DNA from: Camelus dromedarius | Taxonomy: Eukaryota | Assembly: GCF_036321535.1 (NCBI RefSeq) | Contig: NC_087436.1 | Location: forward strand, 93,994,001 to 94,058,000 | DNA length: 64,000 nucleotides | Direction: 5' to 3' | Part shown: positions 1 to 12,828 of the stretch, in pieces | How the letters are laid out: every line of letters begins with the position of its first letter | Numbering within the stretch: position 1 is the stretch's first letter | Made by a program: the position numbers and the translations under genes | The notes under the pieces: model-generated | The model's database searches: none | What the model was told of the DNA's origin: nothing | Seen by the model: the letters and a program-made list of their open reading frames with translations, nothing else

Positions 1-453
1 AATGAGCATATGCTTACACACACACACACACCCTTTCTGCTTACACATTGTCTCGCTCACACCCCACCCACAGCTCTCCCATCCCACTCGATAGAATAAT
101 TCTATAAATGCATGTGGAAAGCTCATCCCAGATTCCTAGCAGGTCTTCCTCAAGGTTTCCCAGAAGCTCTCGGGAAGGTGCTCAGGGAGGTGAATGTTTT
201 GATCACCAAAAGCTTTGTCTTCCCTCTTTCTGAATGTGGCCATGACTTCCCAGGAAGTCCACTGTGCTTGGATTACTGTCCCCGAGCCCCCATTTAGCTG
301 GCATCACCGGTGGTCCAAATCAGTCTTCATGGATGACAATACAAGTCTGGCACCGCCATTCACTTTCTGAATCCTATTTCCTGGAGCCACATCAGAAAAA
401 TAGTTGAGGCAGTAACTGCTTTTCAGATCATACCGATATCACTGATTACAGAG

Positions 454-945
454 ACAGGATAATGTGATGGCCGCCAGCACAGCCTGCAGAATCAGGCCGC
501 CTGGATTGGAATCCCAGCCTGCCTGCGTAACTGTGGACAGGTTTCTTCTCTGCCTGAATGTGAATCTGAGACGTCCTCGCCTGAAACCTATTGGGTCAGA
601 TGTATTTTGGAATCCAGAATATTTCAGATTTTAGATAGTATGTTGCATATACTCTGCATTGCTTCATACCACTAGCTGGGTCTGGGGCAACATCCCATAA
701 TCAAACACATCACTGTTTCTTCAGCAGAACATGTGGCTTCTCATATGCTAGAAGAATAGAAATCTATAGAGTCTTGTTAGAGACTAGAGTCTAGATTTGG
801 CTGCTAAATGACTTCTAAAAAATACTTTGTTTTCCAGGGTTTAGCATTTCCCTTACAGGTAAGGTGGATGACCTGGGAGGATTCAATAACAAGATGTATG
901 TAAGTGCTAAGAACTGAAGGCACCTTGCAAGTGTGAGCTGTTAGC
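454..945 (+). mobile_element. MIR SINE, split by a MER46C insertion
   Basis: 5' part (agaatcaggccgcctggattggaatcccagc..taactgtggacaggtttctt) at 454-560 and 3' part (gaggattcaataac..gtatgtaagtgctaagaac) after 875 resemble the MIR consensus. Confidence 0.65.
567..875 (+). mobile_element. MER46C-like TcMar-Tigger DNA transposon
   Basis: Contains ggtcagatgtattttggaatccagaatatttcagattttag, gggtctggggcaacatcccataatcaaacacat and a terminal gacctg, matching the recalled MER46C consensus. Confidence 0.8.
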
Positions 946-1661
946 ATGAAGTGTTTTTTTATTATAAAGCCACTGTATACTGAGTATAAGCTGAAGTTAC
1001 AGTGTCATTTCCCTCTCTTCTCCCTCCCAACAAATGGGCCTTGACTGTGTGCCAGACACACTGCTAGGTGCTGCAGGACAACAAATAAGGACCAGACAAA
1101 GCTCCTGCCTTGCATGACAGTCACAGCACCTGTGGCCGGGGACACTGCCAGCTTTTTGTCTTTTTTTTTTAATGTTTTCTTTCCATATCCCACTTTTTCC
1201 TAGGTATTTTCCATGCTGGCCTATTTGAATTATGTTAGAATCAAACCAGCCCCCAGACAGACTATTGTGCCTGGTATGCTGTCATATATACCTACATACA
1301 GAGGACAGAAAATGATGACACATGACGCAAGTGACTGGAAATCGTTCTCGGACAGGAAGTTACAGTTGGGACAGTGATGAGAGGAAGGAAGTCCGCTCAG
1401 TTGAATGAGCACTTAGAGTAGAAGTGGGGACACTTGTTCCTCAGGTGCACTTCTTTGTGCCAGGCACTGTGCTGGGTCCTGGGATTGCAGAAATGAATAA
1501 GGCGGGCACTGCAGCCTTTAAGTGACGTGGTGTTTGCTGATGTTCACTGTCTCCTTGTGAGCTGGAGAATCCAGCTACCCTCTCTGAGCCTGTGTACTTA
1601 TCTTCAAAACAAAAGGGCTGGAGTCTATGGCCCCATTTTACCTTCAAAAGTCTGTGGTCCT

Positions 1662-1817
1662 GGGGGGAGGGTATAGCTTAAATGGTAGAGTGCATGCTTA
1701 GCATGCACGAAGTCATGGATTCAATCTCCAGAACCTCCTCTAAAAAATAAATAAATAAACCTAATCACTACCCCCCAGATAAATAAAATTTTAAAAATTA
1801 GAAAAAGGAAAGAAAAG
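1662..1817 (+). mobile_element. Camelid tRNA-derived SINE (Vic-1 type), full length with TSD
   Basis: tRNA-like head (A box tagcttaaatgg, B box gattcaatctcc) and A-rich tail. TSD aaaagtctgtggtcct (1646-1661) / aaaattctgtggtcct (1818-1833), 15/16 identical. Confidence 0.9.
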
Positions 1818-2079
1818 AAAATTCTGTGGTCCTGAAGAATTACTTAACAGCTTGTTGGTTCTTGTTGGTCAACCCCTGTCCATCACTCTGGGATTCAAGT
1901 AAAGGAGATGGGCTTTTGTTGCAATTAAGAGAGACTTGAGGCAGACCTAAGGAAGGATTTGTTGATTGTGATGGAGTGTTGGAACATATTTCATCAGGGT
2001 TTATTATCTTTCCAAGTAGGGATATTTCATTTCTCACATAATGAGTACTGACCAGTGTCTGGCTCTGTTTTAGAAGAGA

Positions 2080-2522
2080 AAGCTCCTTCTCTCATGGAGC
2101 TCACATTTCATTGGGGCAGAGAGATAATAAAAACTGATAAAAAATGAATACATAATATAATTTCAGGTAATAATAAAGGTATAGAAGAAAAATAAAAACA
2201 GGAAAGAGGAGAGAGAGTGCAGGGTTGGTGACTAGAGGGCTGTTTTCAAAGAGTGGTCTGGGAAGACTTCTTGGAGGAGGTGAATCCAGTCAGGGGGAGG
2301 AGCCAGGTGGGGAAGGCTGGGAAGGGAAGTCCCAGATTGGGGTGACCTTGAGTGCTCAGGCAGGGAGGTCAGAGGGAGTGAGGTGGTAGGAGAGAGGCAG
2401 GGAATGAAGTAGGGAGCCAGGCACGTCCGGAGGGAGCCCTGGGAAGGACTTTGGATTTTATTCTAAGTGTGAAGAGAAGCCGTTGGAGGGTTTTGAGAAG
2501 GGAAGTGACATGATTTGATTTA
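2080..2522 (-). mobile_element. L2 LINE fragment
   Basis: ctctcatggagctcacatttcattggggcagagagataataaa ... ggactttggattttattctaagtgtgaagagaagccgttggagggttttgag is the reverse complement of the L2 3' region. Confidence 0.8.
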
Positions 2523-3355
2523 AAAAGAAAGTTTGGTCTACCAGAATATGGATTCAGCAGTCATTTATCAGGAGTGAGTATGACCCTGGTGTAAATTAAT
2601 TCAGTCCAGCCTGATACTACTGGATCTGGACTTGGTGCCTTTTTAACAACTCAGCAGTTGAAATGCAGCCTCTATGTCCATCTATAACAGTCTTTTCCTT
2701 ATGTGTTTCTCTGACAAAATGAAGATGCATTGCTTTCTAAAGAGAAAATATTATCATCTTGCGAGTTGAGGCTTGTGTCATCATGTATCTTTTTTAGTGC
2801 AACTTTTGGAAAGCTGTGCTATTTGCTCCTCCCTCCCTTCCTTCTTGCCTTTATTTTAAACAAATGCTTAATGTTTCATAAGACACCTAGATTCCCCGCA
2901 TGCCAGTGTTAATAAAAACCAGTGTTTGGATAGTATTTGCTGGGTTGTTGTTACTGTTTTCTTTATGCAAAAATACCTTGGGAATATTGAGTAATAGTCA
3001 CAGATGCTGGGACTGAAACTTTCGGTTCTGTTTTCTTCACCCTCACCTTGTTTGAGACAGATGTTTGCTTCTGATACGCTGATACCGGGTTGCGAAAGTG
3101 AAATTTAAATTGAGTTAAAGTGTCTCTTGAATTTGTCAGCCTCATACCATATGTATTTTGCTGCAGTCCTGTTTTCTTAGTTATTTAAAGCTCAGCTGTG
3201 ACGCAAGCCCAGAATGGCCCGTGTCCCCTCTTGTGTGCAAGAGGCCAGCACACTCACTCTCAGTTACCTTGGGAAATATTTGTAGGCAGTCTGTGCTTGC
3301 AACCTAGACAGCTTAGTAACTGTCTACTTTTGTGCTCAGGAAATATGTATCAAAG

Positions 3356-3369
3356 CCACCAGAGGGCAG
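3356..3369 (+). promoter_or_regulatory. Candidate CTCF site
   Basis: CCACCAGAGGGCAG fits the CTCF core consensus CCASYAGRKGGCRS at all positions. Motif only, no binding data. Confidence 0.5.
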
Positions 3370-3647
3370 CTTGTCCAGTGAATCTATGGGTAAAATGTGC
3401 TGTTCTTTAGACACAGGAGTAGGATGAGGACTTCTGACTTTTTCACAATGTTTCTTGCATTAATTAGGAAGCTTTTTCACATTCTCAGCCAGCTTCATCC
3501 ATTCAGAGAGATGATGTTTTTGGAAATTTAAAGTTTTAAGGCAAATTCTTTCACGCAATTCTACTTCCCCCCCTTTTTTGGAATATTAGTATCCATTTCC
3601 CCTTGAATTCCCCGTTCCCCCATTTCCAGCCTTTCTATCTTCATTGT

Positions 3648-3795
3648 CTTTATTGAAATATAATTTATATATAGTAAAATTCATATTTTTAGCTATGTGG
3701 AACACATACAGCCATGGAACCACTGCCTCAATCAAGACAGAGAAATTTCCATCTCTCTAGAAAGTTCTCTTGTGCCCCTTGGCAGCCAGTCTCTC
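3648..3795 (-). mobile_element. Old L1 (L1MC/L1ME-like) 3' end
   Basis: tttattgaaatataattt..aaccactgcctcaatcaagacagagaaatttccatc..agaaagttctcttgtgcccctt. Confidence 0.7.
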
Positions 3796-4419
3796 TCTGC
3801 AGGTCCCATATGTCCTTGGATCATTAATATTTGGAATTTTTTTTTACCTGAGACAAAGCATTTTATAAATTTAAAGTAGTGATCCTGCACAAATATTAGG
3901 GCCCTTTCTAAGAGGCTGTGGGAGAGCTCTGGAGAGATTAAGGAAATCGGAGGCAGCTCTTTCCCAAGACAGTTGTATAAGTTTTTACTCTGTGGTTGTG
4001 GTGATTGTTTTAATCTGGCTCCTATTCATGTTAACTGCGCAGTCAGTAAACATCCATTTGTGTTTTAAATGCTTTAATAATTGTTAATTTAATAATAAAG
4101 CTTAAGTACTCACTTGTATTCATGAGTTCAAGGCATCTTCTCTGTGAGGGTAGTGCCTTTATTATCCATATTTAGATGAGGAACCTGAGGTACAGTCATA
4201 TGTGGCTTTGGAGAAAAAGGATGGGTAGAGTTAGTTTCCTGGTGTGAAATGTAAGATAAATGAAGTTAAAAGCTTCTTCAGAAACACATGTTCTCAGTGA
4301 TCAAAAACTCAGTGCCTCTCTTGATGCACGTAATGTCCTTGGGCAGTGTCACCATGGCTACGGTTGAACCATGACAGTTTCAGTTCTGCATCCCTGACCT
4401 TGACCACCAGGTATCCCTA

Positions 4420-5110
4420 TGTCTCCTCCTGGTTCCTGCCTTCATCTTCTCCTGTTGGGTCACCCTGCCTTTAGCCCCTCTAGGTTGTGGTCAGAGCGAT
4501 CTTTTAAATATGCAAGTCAGGTAATGTCACCTTCTCGATTAAAATTCTCCAGTGGTTCACAGTGCAATAAAATGTGAGCCCCTCACCTTGTTCAGCAGCA
4601 CATCCTGCTGCTCCCTCCACTGCCCACCTGTGGTCCAACTGGTTGCCATTCTCCAATGATTCTGTGCTGTCTTATGGTCCCCTACCTAGGAGCTGGCTGT
4701 TCCTTCTGTCTGGAAAATGCCCTTTCCTCATCTGTCATCCCTGTCTGCTGGGCAGACTGTTAGTCATCCTTCAGAACTTGGCTCACTTCTTATTTAATTA
4801 ACCTTGATAGAATTGGAGCCATCTTTCCACTTTCCATTGCCTCTGTGTCATTTAGCCAGTGCACCATTGTTTCATAATGGTCTCGTTCCACGTCTGTGCC
4901 CCAGTAATCTGCACTGTCTTGGAGGAGAGCCGCTTTGTCTTTTCAACTTGACATTGCTCACCTAGCTCAGTACCTAGACTCCCTACCAGACTGTTACGAA
5001 CCATGAAGGCAGAGAAGACGCCTTATTTTATCCACCACTATGTCCAGTGTTTGGCTTAGGGCCTGGCCTGTAGTAGGTGTTCAATGAATATTTGTTGAAA
5101 GCATGAATAG
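4420..5110 (+). mobile_element. L2 LINE 3' region (possibly two fragments)
   Basis: cagagcgatcttttaaatatgcaagtcaggtaatgtcac ... ending gcctggcctgtagtaggtgttcaatgaatatttgttgaa (L2 tail). Confidence 0.8.
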
Positions 5111-5147
5111 TGGGTGTTTTTAAATGTCTAATTGCAATGATTTAGCT

Positions 5148-5343
5148 CAGGAGTTGCCACTGAAGGGCCACCAGCATAATCAAGCCATGGATATAATTTA
5201 TGTGGCCTCATAGTATTTTTAAAGTTTTAAAATTTGATGGCCTCTCCCATTTTCCACAGTCAACACCACTCCTGTCATTTTCCTCTTAGTCCGCTTCCTC
5301 ATTTGGTACCTGCCTGGTCCTGGGATGTAAGGTTGGGGGTCCA
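5148..5343. mobile_element. MER102-like hAT-Charlie element
   Basis: caggagttgcc.. start and ..ctcatttggtacctgcctggtcctgggatgtaaggttggg end resemble MER102. Confidence 0.55.
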
Positions 5344-5355
5344 GGCAGAGGGTAG

Positions 5356-5726
5356 TGTATTAGACTACAGGGGCTGAGTGGCTTAAACAAGAGAGAGCTT
5401 TTCCCTCACAGTTCTGGAGCCTGGAAGTCCAAGATCAAGGCGCTGGCAGGTTTGGTTTCTTCCTGAGGACTCTCTCCTTGTCTTGCAAACATCCTCCTCA
5501 CAGTGTCCTTCTAGGATCGTCCCTTACTTAGTCTGCATGTGAATGTGTTCAAATCTCCTCTTATAAGGACCCCAGTCATACTGGATTAGGGCCCACCCAT
5601 CTGACCTCAACGTAACCTTAATTACCTCTTCCAAAGCCCTGTCTCCAAATATAGTCACATTCTCTGGTACTGGGGCTCAGAGTTTCAACACAGGGATTTA
5701 GGAAGGACACTATTCATCTCATAACA
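5356..5726 (-). mobile_element. MaLR solo LTR (MLT1A/B-like)
   Basis: TG...CA ends. Contains ctcacagttctggagcctggaagtccaagatcaagg, cttataaggaccccagtcatactggattagggcccacc and ccctgtctccaaatatagtcacattct. Confidence 0.9.
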
Positions 5727-6991
5727 AGCAGGAACATGAACCCTCAGGTACTGTGGCCTCTGCCTTGTGTCTCTGTGTGTTTAGAGTACGTTAATAAAGG
5801 GGAACTCAGCAGCCACCCAAGAGAGCAGTTTGCTCACCAAGGCAGGATCTGGATGGACAGGGCCCACACCTGCTCTAACACCCCACCTCCACTCTGATCA
5901 CTGTGATCTGGATCATACTCATGATTCCCAAACAACCGACACACAGTTAAAAATGCCAGGTAGAACGTAGGTGCTTTGCAGTTTGGAAATACACACTCTT
6001 TCAAATTCTTTTCACTCCAGAAGCTGACCTGTGGGCTGCAAATGGTCTTTGCCAATGGTTTGGTGGAGAGTCGAGGTAAAAGCCATATAATGACACGGCA
6101 CCGCCTCTGTTGCTGTAAGCAAACAGCCAGGTCCTTTATTACCCTTGAAACCTGCACTCGTGATACAGGTTGGACTCAGAAGCAAGTCAAATGCCAACTT
6201 TCTGTGGGTCAAAGTTCCTTCAAGCACTGTACGTTAATCAAAAGCTCAACCTTAGTTAATTAGGCCATTGAGTTTGGAAGAACTTTGGAACAAATGATTA
6301 CCTAATTCAACTGCAGGAGTTAATAGAACTGTGTTTTGTTTCCTAGAGGTAGGTTGTGGACTTGTGGTCTTTCTTGGAGGGGGCAGGACTGAGACTCTTG
6401 TGCAGTTTTATTCATTCTTGGCGGAGTAGTAGCATAATAAAATCTGCTGTATAGAGCTTAGCTAATCAGATGTATTTACTTAAAGATGAAGCTGAATGTT
6501 TGAGGAATATTATTCATATATGGGCAGAAAAGCCAGCTGCAAAGGGCTTCCAAAGATAAGGAAATATTTTAAACGCTAACAGCTCACAAGGCTTTAAACA
6601 ATTTCACGTATTTCATTATTTACCCTAGAAGACTGCAATTTAATGTCCCTCTCCAGAAAGAAATTTAAATTAATTTAAATTTGAAGGGAGACCAGAGAAA
6701 TTAGTAAAATGTCCAAGGTCACCCAGCTAGCAAGCAATAGAACTGAGTTTTGAACACCTGGGCAAACCCGTGAACTGCCCCCACCCTCCACCCCCTCTCC
6801 CGTTACACCAGCTCTGTATGCGTTTCCTCCTCTCTTCTTGTCAGACTGAGGGTTTTTTCTTTGAATATCCTTTAGCAAATATCAACCTGAATAGATTTGC
6901 AGGACTGGCGAAAGGACCGGACCTATATTCCTCCATGTAAGTGGGTCAGTGCAGATCTCTTCTACTGCCCAGTTACGTAGCTTTCCTTGTA

Positions 6992-7018
6992 ACACACACA
7001 CACACACACACATACACA
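6992..7018. repeat. (CA)n microsatellite
   Basis: Direct reading of the AC run. Confidence 0.95.
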
Positions 7019-8204
7019 TGTAATAATCACGAAGTTTTTTCTTTTTTTGTCTTCCCCCCTCCCCTCCATTCCTGTTAACAGTCATTAATTGCACACTCCT
7101 CGTTAGTCATCTCTGGGTCAACAGTGTTATCTTTTCCATTCCAGAGTTCGGGTAACAGAGGCACTAGAAGGACACCTTGCATCAGGTCACCTAGCAGAGA
7201 CCAGCGTTCCTGGGCTCCCTGAAGAGGTTTGGTAAGTCACCTGGCTCCATCTTCCCTGTGGCTCAAATGAACATCATCCAGGGGTGGGGAAAAGTAGGTG
7301 AACCTTACCTGGTGACATCCAAATGTTAATCCTCTCTCTCTCTCTTTCTCTCTCTCTTTTTAAACCAACACATATTGTTTTTGCTTCTGGGCTTTCATTT
7401 ACTTCATTGACTAGGCCAGAGTGGCCTGTGTGTTTGTAAGTGCCAGTGTCCCCGGAGGACTCCCACAGTCAAAAAGAATGACAGAAGCTATATTTGAATG
7501 ACTTAGTGGGTCTTTTAATACTGAGTTTTTCCTATGTTGTTCACTGCATTTCGTCAACTCTAGAATGCAGCTCCCCCCATAATTTAGCATGTCTAAAGCT
7601 GGGGTGCATCTTATGGAGACTTCGATTTAGTGAAATATAGTATTCCTCTAATAACCCCCAAATGACCAGTGTTAGGTGCTTGCTACCTCCTATTTTTCAC
7701 AGAGTGTAAGAGCCTTTAAAAACTAACTCTTTTTGGTGCCTTCATATGACGGTTTTGTGATGAGTAACCCTGGGACCCCTTAAGCAGTGGTGCTGGGGTT
7801 CAGAGCAGCCCACGTGAGACCACGGAACAGCTTCTTAGGCAGCAGATCCTAGCACCAGACACTGTTATCCAAAGCCTGGTTCCCTTCCAGTGCTCAGCAT
7901 TGTAGGACTTACAAGTGAAATACTCTAAAATAGTAGTGAAATAATCTGTTTTAGAGTATTTCACTATTGTGTCCCCAGAATGATTTGTCAGCATCCATTT
8001 ATGTGTGAAAGGGTCCAAATTCACATTTATGCCAATTACATGGATCAGTAGCATCTTTACAGAGTTAATGCCCCAGAATAGGCAGGATTCCCCAAGCCAC
8101 ATGGGCCTGATTTATACAGACTTTAAGGTTTGGAGCTCCTCTGTATTAGGGGACCCCATAGGTGATTGTACATTAATGCTTAAAATGGTAGGGGTACAGG
8201 TGAA

Positions 8205-8560
8205 CCAGTTAACTGACATTTTCCCTCCACCTACTATGTGCCAGACTCTGTGCTAGGTAGTGGGTAATTAAGAGTCTGAGACAGAAAGGATTGTATTTCT
8301 GCCCCCAGGAACCCAGTCTAGTAGTCAGGGCACATATTAAATAATAAACGAGCTGTGAGTGGGCTGAGGAAGAATTGTAGGGAGTTTAAAACCAGAGGAC
8401 CTACTCTGAATATCAGCGGAAGGGGTGACCACCAGGGAAGGCTTCTTGGATGTAAGTAGTGTTTTAACTGAGTCCCAGTGGAGAAAGAATGGTTTACTAG
8501 GCAAAGGGAGACTGGGGGCAGGTGTTAGTGACTGTATCAAATAAGGAGCAGCTGGAGAGT
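8205..8560 (-). mobile_element. L2 LINE 3' fragment
   Basis: cacctactatgtgccagactctgtgctaggt..ctgcccccaggaacccagtctagt..cagggaaggcttcttgga. Confidence 0.7.
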
Positions 8561-9193
8561 TTCAAAATGGTTGAGTGAGCGTCAGGTTCAAGAAATAAGC
8601 ATGAACCTAATGGGGAAAGAAGAAAGGGGAAAGTGGCTTCATATGAACAGATGTCTGTCCTAAAATGCGGACTTAGTCGCATTCCTGGAAGAATCTTTAA
8701 AAGCTCTTAAGGATTTTTTCTTTTTGTGGTTTAGACATACATTCTTCTTCCTCTATCAGCAGTATTTCCTAGAGCTGGATCCCAAGTCCTGTTTTCCTTC
8801 CAATCCTCTGAATTCTCCCCCAAATCTATGCTTTTAATTTGCCTCATCTACCTCTCATAGGAAGGTGATCAGCTTCTAGTGAGAGATTGTTTTCTTCAAC
8901 AAATGTGTCCACTTTTCTTTTCTTGATAGCATCAGGGAAGGGTGATCATTGGCATAGTACATGATATCTCCACCCAAAGCCTGGATTTTTAAAAAATAGA
9001 TGGTTTAAATGGAACAGACAGAAGCTGGCTACTTCACCCTGCTTCCACTTTGGACCATTATGAGATTCTCAGGTTTCAAATCTTCATGCTCTATGTTGAC
9101 ATTTTCTAGCAAGAGTGCTGCTGAGCTTATGATAGAAAAGGCACATTTCTTGAGGCACTTTGACTAGTAACTTAATTGACAGATTCAGAAATT

Positions 9194-9230
9194 CACACAC
9201 GTGCGTGTACACACACACACACACACACAC
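9194..9230. repeat. (CA)n microsatellite with a cgtgcgtg interruption
   Basis: Direct reading. Confidence 0.9.
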
Positions 9231-10620
9231 GGAACCACAGTTCCACTGAATTGACCGTCTCAAGCTTACTGGTTTCTTAGTTGTGAGTAAATTTGATATG
9301 GTTGTTTTTTAAGAGGTCTGTTGAGTATAGGGGCTCACCAGAGCAAGATAGAATTTTTAATAAGACTTTATTTGTTTAAAAAAAAATTTTTTTTTTTTTT
9401 TTGAGATTTTTACCTCAGTCTGAGGTAAGATTGGTCTGTTTTCCCCATACGGAAGGAGTAAGAATCACTGGCCATGATTGATATATAGAAATTTGAATTC
9501 TTAGGAACGTTTGTTGGCCTATTTGGCCAGTCCTCTTAAAAAAGTTAACATCTAGATCATTGCCTGATTTTTCTCAAGCCACAGGAAGTCTGTATTCCTC
9601 CATCAAGGTCTGGGCATCGGACGGTGGAGATTTCTAGGAAGGGTGACAGGGAAAAAATCACGGAATTTCTGATAGAAACTTTAAATAAAATGGTAAGACG
9701 TTTTGAGTGCTGACTCCATCCTGGTCATCATAGCTTAGATTTTCATTCCAAGTAAGTTAATAAATTAAGAAGTGGGTGTTGTTTAACCTGCAAGTTGAAA
9801 ATGCAAGTTTTGAAAAAGAGGAAAACGTGGGTAACTAAAGATACTGTTTTCTATGGTAAAATGGCTCTTCGTGTTCCCAACTTGTAGGGTTCATTTAATG
9901 AGATCATAAATCTCTTAGAAACAATTTTTTTCAAAATCCCTAAAAATTACCAGAAGGTATGCCTTTTGGAAAATGACCTTCCCATCATTTTGTTTCAAGA
10001 AGGCTGACTGTAAGTCGAATAGGACTTGAGGTAAGCTCCTCACAGTCGGACCACTTGCGTGGTCCATATGAAGGAAATTAGCTGAAGAGCAGATACTCAT
10101 CAAGGTAGAGCAAGTGAGTTGAAACACATTCTCTTTTGTTTACTCAACTACTGTTGGGGACCTACACAAAATGATCCCAGGCTGCTGATGGCAGTCTCCG
10201 AAGGCAGGTTCCAATTGTGTGACTTTTCTGCTTCTTCACCTGAAAATTGATAGTTTTTCATCACATATTACTTCCTACCATATATGTTGTGCCATATAAC
10301 TTATTACTACACAGAGTGGGAAGGAAAAGGCCTGTAATTTAATTGGGTTCAAATGAATAAACCTACAAAGGAACCCCATAATGAAAGATTAAGCATTTAC
10401 TTAAGAGGAAATTAACAATAAAACAGGAATGAATTAAAACAAGCAGCATCGCAGCTCAAACATTAATGGTGTTTTGGAAAATGCAGTAGAAATTAATTGT
10501 TCTCTTTTCTCATCTTTATCCTCATTTACCAGAGAGTAAACTCATCATTTTCTGGTCTAGACCTCTTGTCTCCTTTTCTTTAATTGCTGATCCAGTTCAA
10601 TAAAAGTTCTAATTCAGATG

Positions 10621-10636
10621 TGGCGCCCGCTGGTGT
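10621..10636 (-). promoter_or_regulatory. Candidate CTCF site
   Basis: Reverse complement ACACCAGCGGGCGCCA matches CCACCAGGGGGCGC at 12/14. Two CpGs are retained in CpG-poor surroundings. Confidence 0.4.
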
Positions 10637-11889
10637 TGAGAAATTATGCAAAAGGTTACTTTTGCATAGGCCAAGTCCTTTGCCATTTATAATGATCAGC
10701 GTGTACTGTCCGTGGTGATATAAGCTGAAGAACTGGTGTCGGAGTAAATAGGCCCAACTCACACTTAGCCCGTTGTGGATACCATCAACCAGTGGTTTCA
10801 TAACAAAGCATTCCTGTAATTAAGATGATTCTGAGGTCTGTTTCCCGGGCCCAAGTGAATTTAGGAAAATCCAGTTTTCTTAAAGAAAAACTGGTTTCCA
10901 CAGGGAGTTTGGCTAATCACAAACTGGATGATTCCCCCTTTTAAAATGATTTCATTCACAGGGGTAAAAGTCTCAAAGCACTAGTTCCTTTGGCAACCTG
11001 CTCTGTAATGACTTGCTATGTGCAAAACAAGCTAACTCATTTCCAAAACTGAAAAGGTAGAGAGGTGGCTATGGGCTGTGATTCAACCAACAACATAATG
11101 GAAGACAAGCGGATGTTTGCCTACAAAGGGAGGACTGTCTTCCTAAAAGGAAGAGGTTTGGTCCCACCAAGGACAAGGAAAAAGAACGCTATGGGCATTA
11201 ACAAAATGTGTGGCTCTTGGCAGAATAATGATCGAGGGTGGCATTGTGCTTTGTAGGAGCGTATTTGGTACCGTGGACAGCATGGAGAACACTCCAAGGA
11301 TATGAAGCTGACAATCTGTGGCTCATGTCAGCATCAGACCTTTAAGCAAGTTTCATGGGTAACACTCAAATGTCAGCCCTGAAATTCCCATGAACAAGGT
11401 CTTCACACTAGTCATTAGATATGCATCAAAGTTACGCGCGTCTGAGGCTGCGCAGTGGTTCAGCAGATTGTCCCCAAGCATCCGCAGTTGCTGCATCAAG
11501 GGCAGATGGGAAGGGGATGTCTGAAGTTCACTTCGGCCAGACTCGGGTATCTCTGCTGCGAAGAAATAAGAGTAACAGAAGAACCATGGTGCTTTCGTCA
11601 AGAATGCCCTAAGCTCTGTGCCTGCAAAATGTCAGGTCCTTTTAAAACTAAGACCAACGCCAGCAACCTACCAGGGGTGTCTTAAAGCAAAGAATGAAGT
11701 AGTTATTGAGGAATCAGGCTGGGGTGAAGGGGGCAGGATCCAGACTGGTCTTAATCTAGGCATGCCAGTACCTGCTGACTTTTGGCTCCATCTGTGTAGT
11801 CAGTCACTAAGTGATTCTTAGAATCAAAGTATTGGAGTTAGAAGGAACCCTGAGGTGACAATGAAAACAAATGATAAATAATGATAATA

Positions 11890-12152
11890 AAAATAATGCT
11901 AACATTTATTGAGTGCTTACTATGTGCCAGGCACCAAAGAATTCCTTTACAGGCATTATCTCTTTGGTTTATATGGCCTCATTTAATTTCTACAATAATC
12001 CCATAAAGGTATTAGGACTCCTATTTGGCAAATAAGGAAGCTGAGGTATGAAAGAATATGTAATTTGCACAAGGCCACACAGTTAAGAGTGCATGTCAAA
12101 GCTGGCACACACACCGCTGTTGGCCTGAGGCCAGAGTCTGTACTTTTTAACT
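11890..12152 (-). mobile_element. MIR SINE, near full length
   Basis: gctaacatttattgagtgcttactatgtgccaggcac ... aaggaagctgagg ... taatttgcacaaggccacacagt ... ccagagtctgtactttttaac. Confidence 0.85.
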
Positions 12153-12499
12153 AGGAGCCCCTTAGAGAGCCGAGGTAGCCTCAGAAGGAGGCTTGTTCAT
12201 TGGCCAGAGTTCATGGACTGGCCAGAGTCCCCAGGGGTTCTGTCACACATGGTTCAGTGAACGTGACAAAAGGATGTATTGACAATGACAGATCCTACAC
12301 TCCGGAATGGAAGCTATATATGGTTTAATATGCAAATTATAATGGCGTGGCAGGTTCTAGAAGTGCTGACCTACAGTTCTTCCTCACTAGGGAACTGGTA
12401 GCAACACTTCATCAGGGCAGTGAAGAGCAGAGGCAGATCTGGATCCCACGCCCCTCCCTGGCCCCTTGGGCTGTTCTTCCTCTGGGATATCTGCTGATG

Positions 12500-12660
12500 C
12501 TTCAGGTTTTAGTCATCTTGAGAACTTTAAAAAAATGTACACACGGGCCCCACTCACTGAGACCCTGATTTAATTAGTCTGAGGAGGAGCCCAACCATCG
12601 ATATTTTTTGGAAACTCCACGATTGAGTCTCACGTACATGTTGTGTGGACAACCACCGGC
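12500..12660. mobile_element. MER5A/B-like hAT-Charlie MITE
   Basis: gggccccactc..ctgatttaattagtctgaggaggagccc..atattttttggaaactcc..aaccaccgg. Confidence 0.65.
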
Positions 12661-12700
12661 TTACACTTTTGCTTATTAACCTGGTAAGTGGTTGTGTATT

Positions 12701-12828
12701 GCTTCTTCTTTTTCCTTCTGTGTGTGTGAATTAGGTTTATTTATTTGTTTTTTAATGGAGGGACTGGGGATTGAACCCAGGACCTCATGCGTGCTAAGCA
12801 CACACTACCACTGAGCTATACCCTCCCC
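12701..12828 (-). mobile_element. Camelid tRNA-derived SINE (Vic-1 type)
   Basis: ttaggtttatttattt..aatggagggactggggattgaacccaggacctcatgcgtgctaagcac..ccactgagctataccctcccc. Degenerate TSD ..tgtgtatt on both sides. Confidence 0.9.

Noticed and set aside
1662..1740. tRNA-like sequence (also at 12.8, 28.9, 30.0 and 51.0 kb)
   Set aside because: A-rich tails, TSDs and divergence show these are SINE heads, not tRNA genes.
5834..6263. Three overlapping ORFs (107, 95 and 71 aa)
   Set aside because: No recognisable homology and no flanking splice signals that define an exon. The lengths are compatible with chance in 64 kb.
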